Assembly (NCBI GenBank): GCA_039196715.1
Contig: JBCCUP010000002.1
Coordinates: 73,601 to 137,600 of the forward strand
DNA: 64,000 bases
Direction: 5' to 3'
From: Pseudomonadota bacterium
Lineage (GTDB): Bacteria > Pseudomonadota > Gammaproteobacteria > CALCKW01
The position numbers were made by a program, and so were the translations under genes. A model generated the notes under the pieces. It was not told where the DNA came from. It saw nothing but the letters and a program-made list of their open reading frames with translations, and made no database searches. This document shows positions 1 through 10,374 of the stretch, in pieces (position 1 is the stretch's first letter; each line of letters opens with the position of its first letter).

Positions 1-347
1 GCGGAAATAACCACACCACGGATTGCGCGGCGACCACGCCGAGCAGCAGTCCGAAGGGCTGGACGCCCGGCCAGTAGGCCAGCGCCAGCGCCACCGCGCT
101 GGCGACCGCCACCAGCTTGATGACCTCACCGAGCGTGAACGCGGCGAGGATCGCACCCGCTGCGCGCGCGCCTTGGCGTGAAAACGCCAGCGCTGCGAAC
201 GCGAGATTGGGTAACCAGTAAGCCAGTCCGCCCACGAGCGCTGATACGGCCCAGTCCGACCCCACCGCAAGGCACAGCACGGGGACCGACAGCACCACCA
301 CCGCCTGCAGGCGGAGCAACAATCGGATGGCCGGAGGTCTGGAGGTC
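1..347 (-). CDS. atpI: F0F1 ATP synthase protein I (AtpI), C-terminally truncated by the window edge
   Basis: Minus-strand ATG at 347 gives MTSRPPAIRLLLRLQAVVVLSVPVLCLAVGSDWAVSALVGGLAYWLPNLAFAALAF..., a small hydrophobic membrane protein. It lies immediately downstream of parB, the conserved gidAB-parAB-atpI arrangement. The ORF runs off the left edge. Confidence 0.55.
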
Positions 348-500
348 ATCGCGTTGCGGTGCTCGTGTCGTGTTGCGAAATAACCCTTTGATAAAATAGG
401 CTATTTCGCATTTTCCCCGGCCGCCACGGTGCGCGGCGAAACTATCAACTCAAGTATAGGATTCACAACACAAGGGGTCAAGACAAAGCGGATCAATGGC

Positions 501-1370
501 TTAGCGAATTCGACCCAGGATACCGTCGAGCTGGACCAACGAGCTGTAACGAATCTCCACAACGCCGCGCCCTTTGCTCGCGGTGCGGATTTCCACCGGC
601 GCGCCGAGGCGCTCGCCGAGTTCCTCGGCGAGTTTGCGGATGTTGGGGTCGTCCGGCGCGCGGCGTGCCGGCGGACGCTTGCCCGGGTCGAGCCGTTCCT
701 TCACCAGCGCCTCGGTTGCGCGCACGCTGAGGCCGCGCTCGACCACCGCTTGCGCCACAGCGAGCTGGTCACTGCCTTCGAGCGACAGCAGCGCCCGCGC
801 GTGGCCCATTTCGAGCCGACCGCTGTCGACCAGTGCCTTGACCTCCGGGTGCAGGTCGAGCAGCCGCAGCAGGTTGCTCACGGCGGCGCGCGAACGGCCC
901 ACCGCTTCGGCGACCTCGGCGTGGGTCAGCGAGAAGTCCTGCTGCAGCCGCTTGAGCGCGCTGGCTTCTTCGAGCGGGTTGAGGTCCTTGCGCTGGATAT
1001 TCTCGATCAGCGCAATGGCCGCGGCGGCGCGGTCGTCGAGTGTGCGCACCAACGCTGGCATGTCGTGCAGGCCCGCGCGTTGCGCCGCCCGCCAGCGACG
1101 CTCGCCCGCGACCAATTCGTAGCGGTCACCCACCGCGCGCACCACGATCGGCTGCACCAGGCCCTGCGCCCGGATGGAATCGGCGAGTTCGTCGAGCGCC
1201 TCATCGTCGAACTGACGCCGCGGCTGGTAGGGGCTTCGGGTGATCTGCTCGATCGGGATCGTCGACAGGCTGCCGTCGCGCTCCAGTGGACGTTCGAGGG
1301 CGCTCAGGTCGGACCCGCCGCCCAACAGCGCCTCCAGCCCCTTGCCCAGGGCACGCTTGCCATTACTCAT
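501..1370 (-). CDS. parB: Chromosome partitioning protein ParB (Spo0J)
   Basis: ORF 501..1616 trimmed to the internal Met (MSNGKRALGKGLEALLGG...), which gives a 289-aa ParB with the GLxxLL N-terminus and an HTH. The start overlaps the parA stop, as is typical for parAB. Confidence 0.9.
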   Translation of the reverse strand: MSNGKRALGKGLEALLGGGSDLSALERPLERDGSLSTIPIEQITRSPYQPRRQFDDEALDELADSIRAQGLVQPIVVRAVGDRYELVAGERRWRAAQRAGLHDMPALVRTLDDRAAAAIALIENIQRKDLNPLEEASALKRLQQDFSLTHAEVAEAVGRSRAAVSNLLRLLDLHPEVKALVDSGRLEMGHARALLSLEGSDQLAVAQAVVERGLSVRATEALVKERLDPGKRPPARRAPDDPNIRKLAEELGERLGAPVEIRTASKGRGVVEIRYSSLVQLDGILGRIR

Positions 1371-2199
1371 CGGTCGCGTTCTCCGCCAGTCGGTCCGCAT
1401 CGGGTTGTCGCTCGGGCTCGGCCGCTTTGCGCTGCAGCGCGTCGCGCCGGATGATCTCGCCGGCCAGCGCGAGGTAGGCCAACGCCCCGCGCGACGATTT
1501 GTCGTGGTACAGCACCGGCCGGCCGTGGCTCGGCGCCTCCGCCAGGCGCACGTTCCGGGGCACGATGGTGCGGTAGACCTTGTCGCCGAAGTGTCGCACG
1601 AGCTGCTGGGACACATCGTTGCCGAGGTTACTGCGGCCGTCGAACATGGTGCGCAACAGGCCCTCGATGGTCAGCCGCGGATTGACCGAGTGGCGCACGT
1701 CCTCAATGGTTGAAATGAGCGCAGACAGGCCTTCAAGCGCGTAGTACTCGCACTGCATCGGGATCATCACGCCGTCGGCGGCAACCAGCGCGTTGAGTGT
1801 GAGCAGGTTCAGCGAGGGCGGGCAGTCGATCAGGATGTAGTCGAAATGCTCCCGCTCTGGCTCGAGCGCCCGGCGCAAGCGCTGTTCTCGCGCGAGCTTG
1901 TCCATCAGGGTGATTTCGGCCGCGGTCAATTCGCTGTTGGCGCCGAGCACGCTGAACTGGTAGTCGGACACCGGCATGATCGCGTCCGCCGCCGTGCTCT
2001 CGCCGACGAGCACGTGGTAGACGCTGCGCGCGAGGTCGTCCTTGTCGAGACCGCACCCGGTGGTGGCGTTGCCCTGGGGGTCCATGTCGACCAGCAGCAC
2101 ACGGCGGTTGGTCGCCGCCAGCGACGCCGCCAGATTGACGCAGGTCGTGGTCTTGCCGACCCCGCCCTTCTGATTGGTGATCGCGATGATGCGCGTCAT
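1363..2199 (-). CDS. parA: Chromosome partitioning ATPase ParA (Soj)
   Basis: [19 protein letters not shown] deviant Walker A, 278 aa. The ATG overlaps the rsmG stop (ATGA). Confidence 0.92.
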   Translation of the reverse strand: MTRIIAITNQKGGVGKTTTCVNLAASLAATNRRVLLVDMDPQGNATTGCGLDKDDLARSVYHVLVGESTAADAIMPVSDYQFSVLGANSELTAAEITLMDKLAREQRLRRALEPEREHFDYILIDCPPSLNLLTLNALVAADGVMIPMQCEYYALEGLSALISTIEDVRHSVNPRLTIEGLLRTMFDGRSNLGNDVSQQLVRHFGDKVYRTIVPRNVRLAEAPSHGRPVLYHDKSSRGALAYLALAGEIIRRDALQRKAAEPERQPDADRLAENATDE

Positions 2200-2834
2200 G
2201 GTGTTGCCGTCTCGGTCCGTTGCAAGCTGACCACGTGCCGCTCACCGTCGGTGAAGGGCACGCGCAACGCGTCCACCGACACCACGGTGCAGTCGTCGAT
2301 GGCCTCACCCAGAGTGTGGCCTGTTTTTTTGCCAACCATCGCCACAATCGTGCCCCGGGCTCGCACATAGGCCGTCGCGATGCGCGTGAAGGCCGCCAGA
2401 TCGGCAAACGCGCGCGAGATGACGGTGTCAAAATCCCGACCATTCTGCCAGCTTTCCGCGCGGGCGTTGACCACCGCCACGTTGTCGAGCCCGAGGCTGA
2501 TGGCCGCCTGGGTCAGGAACCGCGTTTTCTTGCCGTTGCTGTCGAGCAGCGTGAGCTGCCACTGCGGTTGAACGATCGCGAAAATCAGCCCCGGCAGCCC
2601 GCCACCCGACCCGAGGTCAAGCACGTGCGCGCCGCGCACGTGGGGCAGCACCGCAGCGCAATCGAGGATGTGGCGATCGACCACGGCAATCGGCTCGCGC
2701 ACCGCCGTGAGGTTGGTCACGCGGTTCCAGCGCAGCAGCAGCGCGGTGAAATCGAGCAGGCGCTGACGGACCTCGGGGGTCACTGTCATATCGAGCTGCG
2801 CGAGCCCGTCGTCGAGGCGCTCGCCGGGCGTCAT
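2196..2834 (-). CDS. rsmG: 16S rRNA (guanine527-N7)-methyltransferase RsmG (GidB)
   Basis: Internal Met of ORF 2196..3287: [29 protein letters not shown]...[19 protein letters not shown]-binding motif, 212 aa. The ATG overlaps the mnmG stop (ATGA at 2831-2834). The upstream 150 codons of the ORF are R/G-rich read-through. Confidence 0.9.
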   Translation of the reverse strand: MTPGERLDDGLAQLDMTVTPEVRQRLLDFTALLLRWNRVTNLTAVREPIAVVDRHILDCAAVLPHVRGAHVLDLGSGGGLPGLIFAIVQPQWQLTLLDSNGKKTRFLTQAAISLGLDNVAVVNARAESWQNGRDFDTVISRAFADLAAFTRIATAYVRARGTIVAMVGKKTGHTLGEAIDDCTVVSVDALRVPFTDGERHVVSLQRTETATP

Positions 2835-4735
2835 CCCGCCTCGCGCGCGGACGCGCCGCCGCGCTGTCGGTGTTTCTTGAGGTGCACCAGCAACAGGCTC
2901 ACGGCCGCCGGCGTCACGCCCGGAATCCGGCTCGCTTGCCCGACCGTGTGTGGCCGGTGCTCGAGGAACTTCTGCTGAACCTCGGCCGAGAGCCCGTGCA
3001 CGGCACCGAAGTCGAAATCCGACGGCAAGGCGGTGTGCTCGTGACGCGACGCCTTCGCGATCTCCTGCTGCGCGCGCTCGATGTAGCCCTGGTACTTGAT
3101 CTGCACCTCGACCTGCGCTGCCACGGCCGCGTTCGCGGGCGCCGCCGGACCGAGTCCCGCCTCGACGAGGCCGGCGTAGTCGACGCCCGGTCGGCGCAGT
3201 AACTCCGCCAACCGCTGGTCCTTCTTCAGCGGCTCGCCCAGCAACGCCACTTCGACCTCGGGCGCCACTTGCCCCGGGCGCAACCAACCGGTGTGCAAGC
3301 GTTGCCGTTCGCGCTCGACCGCCTCGCGCTTGGTGTCGAAGGCGCGCCAGCGCCGCTCGTCGACCAGGCCGAGTTCACGGCCGCGTTCGGTGAGACGCCA
3401 GTCCGCGTTGTCTTCGCGCAAGATCAGTCGGTGTTCGGCCCGGCTGGTGAACATGCGGTAGGGCTCGTGGGTGCCCTGGGTAACGAGGTCGTCGACCATC
3501 ACACCGAGGTAGGCCTGGTCGCGTTGCGGCCACCACGGCTCGAGGCCGCGCACCGCCCGCGCCGCGTTGAGGCCGGCGAGCAACCCCTGTGAGGCGGCCT
3601 CCTCGTAACCGGTAGTCCCGTTGATCTGCCCCGCAAAATACAAGCCCTGAACACTGTTGACTGCAAGGCTCGCGGACAGGCGGCGCGGGTCGAAGAAGTC
3701 GTACTCGATCGCATAGCCCGGCCGGGTGATGTGGGCCTGTTCGAACCCCGCTATCGATCGGATGTACTGCAGTTGCACATCGAATGGCAGGCTCGTGGAC
3801 AGGCCGTTGGGGTACAACTCGGTGCTCTCGAGCCCCTCGGGCTCGACGAAGATCTGGTGCCGGTCCCGGTCGGCGAAGCGGACCACCTTGTCCTCGATCG
3901 AGGGGCAGTACCGCGGTCCGACGCCGTCGATCTCGCCGCTGTACATCGCCGACCGGTCGAGGTTGTCCGCGATGATGCCGTGGGTCGTCGCGTTGGTGTA
4001 GGTGATGTGACACGGGATCTGACGCGGGTGGTCCGCAACCGAACCGAGGTAGGAGAACACCGGCAGCGGGTCGTCGCCGTGCTGCTCGCTCATCACCGAG
4101 AAATCCACACTGCGCGCGTCAATGCGCGGGGGCGTGCCGGTTTTCAGACGACCCGCGCCGAGGTCCAGGTCGCGCAAGCGCGCCGCAAGGGTTTCGGCCG
4201 CTGGGTCGCCCGCGCGTCCGGCCCGGGTCTTGACCTCTCCGATGTGGATCAGTCCGGCGAGGAAGGTGCCGGCGGTCAGCACCACACAGGGTGCCGAAAA
4301 CGTCAGGCCGGTCTGCGTGCGCACACCGCTGACGGTGTCGCCGCTGAGCACCAGGTCATCGACCGAGGCCTGGAAGAGGTCGAGACCGGGCTGCTGTTCA
4401 ACCCGTGCGCGCACGGCCGAGCGGTAGAGTGTGCGGTCCGCCTGCGCACGCGTGGCGCGCACCGCCGGGCCCTTGCGCGCGTTGAGCGTGCGGAACTGGA
4501 TGCCGGCACGGTCGGCGGCCACGGCCATCGCCCCACCCAACGCGTCGATCTCCTTGACCAGGTGCCCCTTGCCGATCCCGCCGATCGCCGGGTTGCAACT
4601 CATCTGCCCGATGGTTTCGATGTTGTGCGTGAGCAGCAGGGTGCGCACACCGACGCGCGCGGCCGCGAGCGCCGCTTCGGTGCCGGCGTGGCCGCCACCG
4701 ACGACAATGACGTCGTATCGGGTTGGGTACTGCAT
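2831..4735 (-). CDS. mnmG: tRNA uridine-5-carboxymethylaminomethyl synthesis enzyme MnmG (GidA)
   Basis: [32 protein letters not shown]-binding fold. 634 aa after trimming the 58-codon N-terminal extension of ORF 2831..4909. cat is present at 4733-4735. Confidence 0.93.
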   Translation of the reverse strand: MQYPTRYDVIVVGGGHAGTEAALAAARVGVRTLLLTHNIETIGQMSCNPAIGGIGKGHLVKEIDALGGAMAVAADRAGIQFRTLNARKGPAVRATRAQADRTLYRSAVRARVEQQPGLDLFQASVDDLVLSGDTVSGVRTQTGLTFSAPCVVLTAGTFLAGLIHIGEVKTRAGRAGDPAAETLAARLRDLDLGAGRLKTGTPPRIDARSVDFSVMSEQHGDDPLPVFSYLGSVADHPRQIPCHITYTNATTHGIIADNLDRSAMYSGEIDGVGPRYCPSIEDKVVRFADRDRHQIFVEPEGLESTELYPNGLSTSLPFDVQLQYIRSIAGFEQAHITRPGYAIEYDFFDPRRLSASLAVNSVQGLYFAGQINGTTGYEEAASQGLLAGLNAARAVRGLEPWWPQRDQAYLGVMVDDLVTQGTHEPYRMFTSRAEHRLILREDNADWRLTERGRELGLVDERRWRAFDTKREAVERERQRLHTGWLRPGQVAPEVEVALLGEPLKKDQRLAELLRRPGVDYAGLVEAGLGPAAPANAAVAAQVEVQIKYQGYIERAQQEIAKASRHEHTALPSDFDFGAVHGLSAEVQQKFLEHRPHTVGQASRIPGVTPAAVSLLLVHLKKHRQRGGASAREAG

Positions 4736-4917
4736 GGTTATGCCAAGCGTGTGGGCAGCCGAGTAGTTTAGCGTCGCACAGCGGTCGTCACCAAGACCGC
4801 CTCGCCAAAGCGTGACCCCTGCACGCCGCGGGTCGTCGACCGCGTTGACCGAACGTTGGCAGCGGGAGCGCTGCAGTCCACACTGCGGACTCCGCCCGCC
4901 CGCGTGCACCCGACAGC

Positions 4918-6075
4918 ATGATCGACACCACTGTGGCCTGGTTGCGTGAGCTGGTCGCGTTCCAGAGCGTCTCGTCGCGCAGCAACCTCGACATCGCCGA
5001 GTGCGTGGCGGCGCGCCTGGCCGACGTCGGCGCGCGCGTCGAGCTCCTGCCGAACCGCGCCGGCGACAAGGCCAACGTGTACGCCACGCTCGGCCCGGAC
5101 ACCGACGGTGGCGTTGTGCTGTCCGGGCACCTCGATGTCGTGCCGGTTGCCGACCAGGACTGGGCCACCGACCCGTTCACACTGACGGCGATCGGCAACC
5201 GGCTGCACGGCCGCGGCAGCTGTGACATGAAAGGGTTCATCGCCGCGTGTCTGGACCTCGCCCCGCTGTTCGCCGACGCGGCCACCGCGCGGCCGGTGCA
5301 CTTCGCGTTCACCTACGACGAAGAGGTCGGCTGCCTCGGCGGTCGCGCGCTGGTCGAGACCCTTGCGCAACGGACAACCCGGCCAGGCGTGGCCATCATC
5401 GGCGAGCCGACCAGCATGGGCATCGTCAACGGCCACAAGGGGTGTTGCGAGTACAGCGCGCGTTTCAGCGGCCTGGCCGGCCACGGTTCGGCGCCAGCGC
5501 ACGGGGTCAATGCCGTCGAATACGCGGTGCGCTACGTCTCCCGACTGCTCGCGCTCGCAGACGAACTCAAACGGCGGGCGCCGGTGTCCTCGCCCTTCGA
5601 CCCGCCGTGGACCACGATCAATGTCGGCGCGGTGCGCGGCGGCGTGGCCCACAACGTGATACCGAGCACGGCGGAAGTCGACTGGGAGATGCGCCCGGTG
5701 CAGGACACCGACGCCGACTTCGTCAGGCGCGAGCTCGATCGCTGCGTGCAGGGTGAGCTGTTGCCGGCCATGCGCGCGGTGCACGCCGACGCGGCGATCG
5801 AGGTCGAAACCATCGGCGAGGTGGTCGGGCTCGAGCCGTTGGGCAACAACGAGGCCCACGCCATCGTCGCCGAGCTCACCGGCCAGCACGAGGCGCACAC
5901 GGTGCCCTTCAGCACCGAGGCGGGGCTCTTTCAGCAGCTTGGCATGTCGGTCGTGGTGTGTGGCCCGGGCGATATCGCCCAGGCGCACAAGGCTGACGAA
6001 TACCTCGAGCTCGACCAGCTGGAACGCTGCCACGCGATGCTGACCGCGTTGAGCGAGACGCTGCGGGTCTCCTGA
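4918..6075 (+). CDS. argE: Acetylornithine deacetylase (M20 family)
   Basis: GHLDVVPV...DPF.LT...[33 protein letters not shown] match E. coli ArgE blocks. 385 aa. Confidence 0.75.
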   Translation: MIDTTVAWLRELVAFQSVSSRSNLDIAECVAARLADVGARVELLPNRAGDKANVYATLGPDTDGGVVLSGHLDVVPVADQDWATDPFTLTAIGNRLHGRGSCDMKGFIAACLDLAPLFADAATARPVHFAFTYDEEVGCLGGRALVETLAQRTTRPGVAIIGEPTSMGIVNGHKGCCEYSARFSGLAGHGSAPAHGVNAVEYAVRYVSRLLALADELKRRAPVSSPFDPPWTTINVGAVRGGVAHNVIPSTAEVDWEMRPVQDTDADFVRRELDRCVQGELLPAMRAVHADAAIEVETIGEVVGLEPLGNNEAHAIVAELTGQHEAHTVPFSTEAGLFQQLGMSVVVCGPGDIAQAHKADEYLELDQLERCHAMLTALSETLRVS

Positions 6076-6079
6076 CGGC

Positions 6080-6110
6080 ACAAGCCCGTCAGGAGACGGG
6101 CTTGTGTTTT
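6080..6110. terminator. Bidirectional intrinsic terminator between convergent argE and hsp20
   Basis: ACAAGCCCGTC-AGGA-GACGGGCTTGT perfect 11-bp stem with a 4-nt loop, followed by GTTTT on the plus strand. Lies between the argE stop (6075) and the hsp20 stop (6128). Confidence 0.5.
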
Positions 6111-6127
6111 ATCGCCAGGTAAATGGC

Positions 6128-6577
6128 TCAGGCAGCTTCGTGCTCGATCGAGCGGGTCGCGTCACCGCCAATGGCGATCTTGCGCGGCTTCATCGCCTCG
6201 GGCAGCTCCTTCACCAGTTCGATGGTCAACAAACCGTTGACCAGCCGGGCACCGGTCACCTCGATGTGGTCGGCGAGGTTGAACTTGCGCTCGAAACTGC
6301 GGGTCGCGATGCCGCGGTGCAGATAGCGCCGTTCTGTGGTGTCTTCGGCTTTGCGCGCACGCACCGCCAGCACCCCGCGTTCGACCTCGAGGTCGATTTC
6401 GTCTTCGCCGAAACCGGAGACCGCGATGCTGATGCTGTAGGTGTTCTCGCCCGTCGCTTCGATGTTATACGGCGGGTAGCTCGACGGCTCGGAGCCCACC
6501 GCAGCGTTGAGCAGATTGACCATGCGGTCGAAGCCCACGGTGGTGCGGTAGAGCGGCGAAAAGTCTATGGTTGTCAT
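6128..6577 (-). CDS. Hsp20/alpha-crystallin family small heat-shock protein (IbpA-like)
   Basis: MTTIDFSPLYRTTVGFDRMVNLLN...YPPYNIE...AVSGFGEDEIDLEVERGVLAVRARK...RKFNLADHIEVTGARLVNGLLTIEL: alpha-crystallin domain, 149 aa. Confidence 0.85.
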   Translation of the reverse strand: MTTIDFSPLYRTTVGFDRMVNLLNAAVGSEPSSYPPYNIEATGENTYSISIAVSGFGEDEIDLEVERGVLAVRARKAEDTTERRYLHRGIATRSFERKFNLADHIEVTGARLVNGLLTIELVKELPEAMKPRKIAIGGDATRSIEHEAA

Positions 6578-6649
6578 GTCGTGTATCCTCGTTGATTAAG
6601 CGATAGTGCAACCGGCGCTCTACTCGGAGACCCGCCGCCTGCACTCCCC

Positions 6650-6678
6650 AATCTCGGGACGCACCGGCGTTTTTCAAG
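6650..6678 (-). promoter_or_regulatory. Putative sigma-32 heat-shock promoter for hsp20
   Basis: Minus strand reads gggCTTGAAA-N13-CCCGAGATT, compared with consensus CTTGAAA-N13-15-CCCCATNT. It sits about 70 nt upstream of the hsp20 start. Confidence 0.3.
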
Positions 6679-6711
6679 CCCTACCACGCGATATTCGGAA
6701 CACCCTCAACC

Positions 6712-8109
6712 ATGGACATGACCTTCTACGGCGCCACGGAATCCGTCACGGGCTCCTGCCATATCCTGCGGTGCAACGGTCACACGGTGCTGCTCGATTG
6801 CGGATTGATTCAGGGTTCGCACAAGGCTGACGCGCTCAACCGCGACGCCTTTCCGTTCGACGCGGCCGAAGTGGATGCCGTGGTGCTGTCGCACGGGCAC
6901 ATCGATCACTCGGGCCGGCTACCCCTTTTATACAAGCGCGGCTTCCGCGGCCGAATCCACACGCAGAACGCCAGCGCGGACCTAATCGATATTCTTTTGA
7001 AAGACTCGGCCAGGCTGCAGGAGTACGACGCTGACTGGTACAACCGCAAACGGCGCAAGGACGGTGAGGCCCTGCGCGAGCCGCTCTACCGACCTGCTGA
7101 CGTCGAGACGCTGCTGGGCCGGGTCGTCGGCCACCGCTACGGCGCGCGTTTCGAGGTACTGCCGGGTATATCGGCACGCTTGCTGGACGCTGGCCACATC
7201 CTCGGTTCGGCCATTGTCGAATTGCAGCTTAGCGAGAACGGGGTATCGCGCACCCTGGTGTTCAGCGGCGACATCGGCCAGCACGACACACCGATCATCA
7301 ACGACCCCACACCCGTTGCAGAAGCCGACGCGATCATCATGGAAAGCACCTACGGCAACCGTCACCACCGCGACCGCGAGGACACCATCCGGGAGCTCGG
7401 TGAGATTGTCGACGCCGCCCACCGCGACGGCGGCAACATCCTGATCCCGGCATTCGCGATCGGCCGCAGCCAGGAGTTGCTCTACCACCTCGGTACCCAC
7501 TACGACGCCTGGGGCCTGTCAAACTGGAATGTCTTTCTGGATTCGCCTATGGCGATCGAGGCCAGCAAGGTCTACTGGGACTACCCGCAGCTCTACGACG
7601 ACGAATCCACACGCCTGCGCAAGGGCATACACGACATGCCACGCTTGCAGAATCTGCACTTCAGTCGGTCGGTCGAGGACAGCAAGGCCATCGCTGAATA
7701 CAAGCGCGGAGCTATTGTGATCGCAGGCTCCGGCATGTGTACCGGTGGTCGCATTCTGCACCACCTCAAGAACAACCTCGCCAACCCGCGCACGCACGTG
7801 GTCATCTGTGGGTATCAGTCGCCCGGCACGCTCGGCGGGCGACTGGTCAACGGCGAAGATCAGGTGAAGATCCACGGACGGTGGATCGACAACCGCGCGA
7901 CCGTACACACGGTGGGTGGGTTGTCTGCGCACGGTGACCAGGCCGATCTGATGCGGTGGTTGCGGGGGTTTCGCACGACGCCGCCGGTGTACGTCGTGCA
8001 CGGCAACGACCGGGCCAAACAGGGCCTGGTCGACCATCTCAACGAGGTGCACGGCTGGCCGGCCGAGGTGGCGCGCGAGGCGCAGACGGTCGACCTGAGC
8101 GAGCTCTGA
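6712..8109 (+). CDS. MBL-fold metallo-hydrolase with beta-CASP / RNA-specificity domain (RNase J-like)
   Basis: MDMTFYGATESVTGSCHILRCNGHTVLLDCGLIQG...VVLSHGHIDHSGRLP metallo-beta-lactamase HxHxDH motif. 465 aa, typical of RNA-metabolising beta-CASP proteins. Confidence 0.8.
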   Translation: MDMTFYGATESVTGSCHILRCNGHTVLLDCGLIQGSHKADALNRDAFPFDAAEVDAVVLSHGHIDHSGRLPLLYKRGFRGRIHTQNASADLIDILLKDSARLQEYDADWYNRKRRKDGEALREPLYRPADVETLLGRVVGHRYGARFEVLPGISARLLDAGHILGSAIVELQLSENGVSRTLVFSGDIGQHDTPIINDPTPVAEADAIIMESTYGNRHHRDREDTIRELGEIVDAAHRDGGNILIPAFAIGRSQELLYHLGTHYDAWGLSNWNVFLDSPMAIEASKVYWDYPQLYDDESTRLRKGIHDMPRLQNLHFSRSVEDSKAIAEYKRGAIVIAGSGMCTGGRILHHLKNNLANPRTHVVICGYQSPGTLGGRLVNGEDQVKIHGRWIDNRATVHTVGGLSAHGDQADLMRWLRGFRTTPPVYVVHGNDRAKQGLVDHLNEVHGWPAEVAREAQTVDLSEL

Positions 8110-8153
8110 CGAGCGCCGGGGTCAGCCTGCGCCGGCGTTGAACCTGCGGGCGT

Positions 8154-8894
8154 TCAGCGCTTGCCGCCGCTCACACGTCGACTGGTCTTGATCGCGTTTG
8201 CGTTGGCCGCCACCGAACGGGTCTCGAGTTTGACCACACTCGGCAGCTCCTGCAGGTCGCCGACCTTGTTGCGCTCGGCCTCGAGCATCGTCTCGAGTTC
8301 CATGATCCGGAGCAACAGGTCCTTGCCCGCCTTGGTGCGCTCGTCGGACAGTTGCCCCTCGAGCAAGGCAATCCGCTCGCGCAGCGCCTGATCGGTGTCG
8401 CGGAATTCCGCCACCATGGCTTCGAAAGCGTCAATTTCCGAACGCGCATCCGCCAACGCAGCGTCGCGTGACGCAATGTCAGCGCGAAACGCGTCGGCCG
8501 CCTTTTCGGCGTTGGCGATCTCGACCGTGAGTGCATCGCGCTCCGCCTGAGCCGTGGCGAGCTTGCCCTCGACGGCGGTTCGAGCCGCAAGTGCAGCGGC
8601 CGAGTCTTTCTCGGCGGTCTTCTGCGCCGCTCGGGCCAACTTGAGGTCGGTTGCGAGGGCAGCCGCTTCACCTTTGCCGTCCTCGAGCCGCTGGCGCAGC
8701 GTCGCAACTTGTTGTTCTGCCTTGCGTGCGGCCCGCTTGTGTTGCGTGGCGGCCTCGGATTCCGTTTTCAGGCGCTTTTCGAGCTCAACGATGCGCTTCT
8801 CGCACGCCGTTGTGTGTTCGCTCAGCGTCGTCAACAAAACCGTGATCTCACGTTCGTGTTTGATTCGCGTGGGCGTTGGCAACATCTTATTCAT
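8154..8894 (-). CDS. Hypothetical A/E/R/K-rich coiled-coil protein
   Basis: 246-aa ORF with heptad-like A/E/R/L-rich sequence (…LEKRLKTESEAATQHKRAARKAEQQVATLRQRLEDGK…). No recognisable catalytic motif. Has an RBS-like GGACC upstream. Convergent with the MBL RNase. Confidence 0.5.
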   Translation of the reverse strand: MNKMLPTPTRIKHEREITVLLTTLSEHTTACEKRIVELEKRLKTESEAATQHKRAARKAEQQVATLRQRLEDGKGEAAALATDLKLARAAQKTAEKDSAAALAARTAVEGKLATAQAERDALTVEIANAEKAADAFRADIASRDAALADARSEIDAFEAMVAEFRDTDQALRERIALLEGQLSDERTKAGKDLLLRIMELETMLEAERNKVGDLQELPSVVKLETRSVAANANAIKTSRRVSGGKR

Positions 8895-9025
8895 AGGACC
8901 GTTCCGAAACTGGCTTCAAGGCGGGTGGTGGATCTGCCGAGGGCGATCTGTCTCCCATCCGTGTGCAAGCTCGGGGCCAGTCTGTCGCGCCGACGGGCTT
9001 TTGCTTCACATTCCTGAAGCTTTGG

Positions 9026-10372
9026 TCACTTGCCAATGCAGAATGACGAAAATATTTCACCCAACAGGTCGTCGGCGGTGAACCGGCCGGTGATCGACTC
9101 GAGCGACGCATGCGCCGCTCGCAGGTCCTCCGCCACAAGCTCGCCACCGGTGCCGCTGGCGAGCGTCTCCGCCGCACGCTGCAGGGCCACGGACACGGCG
9201 TCCAGCGCCGCCAGGTGTCGACGGCGCGCGCTGACCGTGCCGCCGGCGGCGTCCCGCTCGGGCACCACCCGGCGAACGAGCGCCGCCCGCAGTGCGTCGA
9301 GGCCCTCGCCGGTGCGCGCCGAGACCCGGATCAGCGGCGCGCGGTCCGGCGGTTCGGGGGCCGCACCGGACAGGTCGGCCTTGTTCCCGACCCAGCAGAT
9401 CGGGGTGTCGCCACAGGCGTCCGCGAGCGCGCGGTCCGCCTCGCCGACCCCGAGCGTGAGGTCGAACACCAGCACCACCGCATCGGCTTCGTCGAGCTGC
9501 GCGCGTGCGCGGCGCACCCCTTCACGTTCGACCGCGTCACGCGCGTCGCGCATCCCGGCGGTGTCGACGAGTTCGACCGGCACACCGTCGAGGTCGAGCA
9601 TGACCTTGAGCACGTCGCGCGTGGTCCCGGGCACGTCAGTGACGATCGCGACATCGCGCTCCGCCAGGCGGTTGACCAGGCTGGACTTGCCCGCATTGGG
9701 CTGACCGGCGAGCACCACGACCGCCCCGTCCTGCAAGCGCATGCCGGCCTCGGCGCGCGCGTGCAACTGTTGCAGCCGGTCGCGCACCGCGGCCAGCTCG
9801 TTGCGCACCGGCGCCTCGGCGAGGAAATCGATGTCCTCGTCCGGGAAGTCGAGCGCCGATTCGACGTGCACGCGCAGCGCCGTCAGGGCATCCGAGAGCT
9901 CGGCCACCGACTCGGAGAACGCACCCTGCAACGAGCGGGTGGCGGCCCGTGCCGCGCCAAGGGTGCTGGCGTTGATAAGGTCGGCCACGGCTTCGGCCTG
10001 GGCGAGGTCGAGTCGGTCGTTGAGAAACGCCCGTTCAGTGAATTCCCCGGGGCGCGCCGGCCGTGCGCCGAGAGCACAGCACCGCGACGCCACCGCGTCG
10101 AGCAGCACCGGGTTGCCGTGCCCCTGCAACTCGACCACGTCCTCGCCGGTGTATGAGGCAGGGGCGGCGAAGAACAGCACGATGCCGTCGTCGATCACCC
10201 CGCCGCTGTCGTCGAGAAACCGGCGGTGGTGCGCCCGCCGCGGGTCCAATTCGCCGTCACAGAGCGTGGCGGCGATGCGGTGCGCCGCGGGCCCGCTGAG
10301 CCGCACCACGCCGATACCGCCCCGCCCGGCCGGTGTGGCCACCGCGACGATGGTGTCGGACGGGGCCGTCAC
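9026..10372 (-). CDS. mnmE: tRNA modification GTPase MnmE (TrmE)
   Basis: C-terminal 448 codons of ORF 9026..11422: ...TIVAVATPAGRGGIGVVRLSG...VVLAGQPNAGKSSLVNRLA...TDVPGTTRD...NKADL...FCIGK, G-domain plus the conserved C-terminal CIGK. The only start consistent with the MnmE N-terminus is the GTG at 10372, 2 nt after the yidC stop. The upstream 350 codons of the ORF are an R/G-rich artefact on the opposite strand of yidC. Confidence 0.85.
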   Translation of the reverse strand: MTAPSDTIVAVATPAGRGGIGVVRLSGPAAHRIAATLCDGELDPRRAHHRRFLDDSGGVIDDGIVLFFAAPASYTGEDVVELQGHGNPVLLDAVASRCCALGARPARPGEFTERAFLNDRLDLAQAEAVADLINASTLGAARAATRSLQGAFSESVAELSDALTALRVHVESALDFPDEDIDFLAEAPVRNELAAVRDRLQQLHARAEAGMRLQDGAVVVLAGQPNAGKSSLVNRLAERDVAIVTDVPGTTRDVLKVMLDLDGVPVELVDTAGMRDARDAVEREGVRRARAQLDEADAVVLVFDLTLGVGEADRALADACGDTPICWVGNKADLSGAAPEPPDRAPLIRVSARTGEGLDALRAALVRRVVPERDAAGGTVSARRRHLAALDAVSVALQRAAETLASGTGGELVAEDLRAAHASLESITGRFTADDLLGEIFSSFCIGK

Positions 10373-10374
10373 GC

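Noticed and set aside
429-1454. 341-aa plus-strand ORF antisense to parB, plus many other long antisense ORFs in the track (for example 4768..6081-, 13013..14677-, 19768..21360-, 21511..22800-, 23704..25038-, 35101..36960-).
   Set aside because: These are R/G/A/P-rich low-complexity translations with no motifs. Each lies fully opposite a gene that has strong homology signatures. Stop-free antisense frames are expected at 67% GC.
4736-4917. mnmG-argE spacer as an E. coli-type (gidA-mioC) oriC.
   Set aside because: GC-rich, no AT-rich tract, and only weak TCCACA fragments. The gene-orientation switch and the unwinding-element-like tract are at dnaA-dnaN instead.
8110-8153. Terminator between the MBL RNase and the coiled-coil ORF.
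   Set aside because: Only short, imperfect inverted repeats (tgaac/gttca; gcgccgg/ccggcg). Not convincing as an intrinsic terminator.
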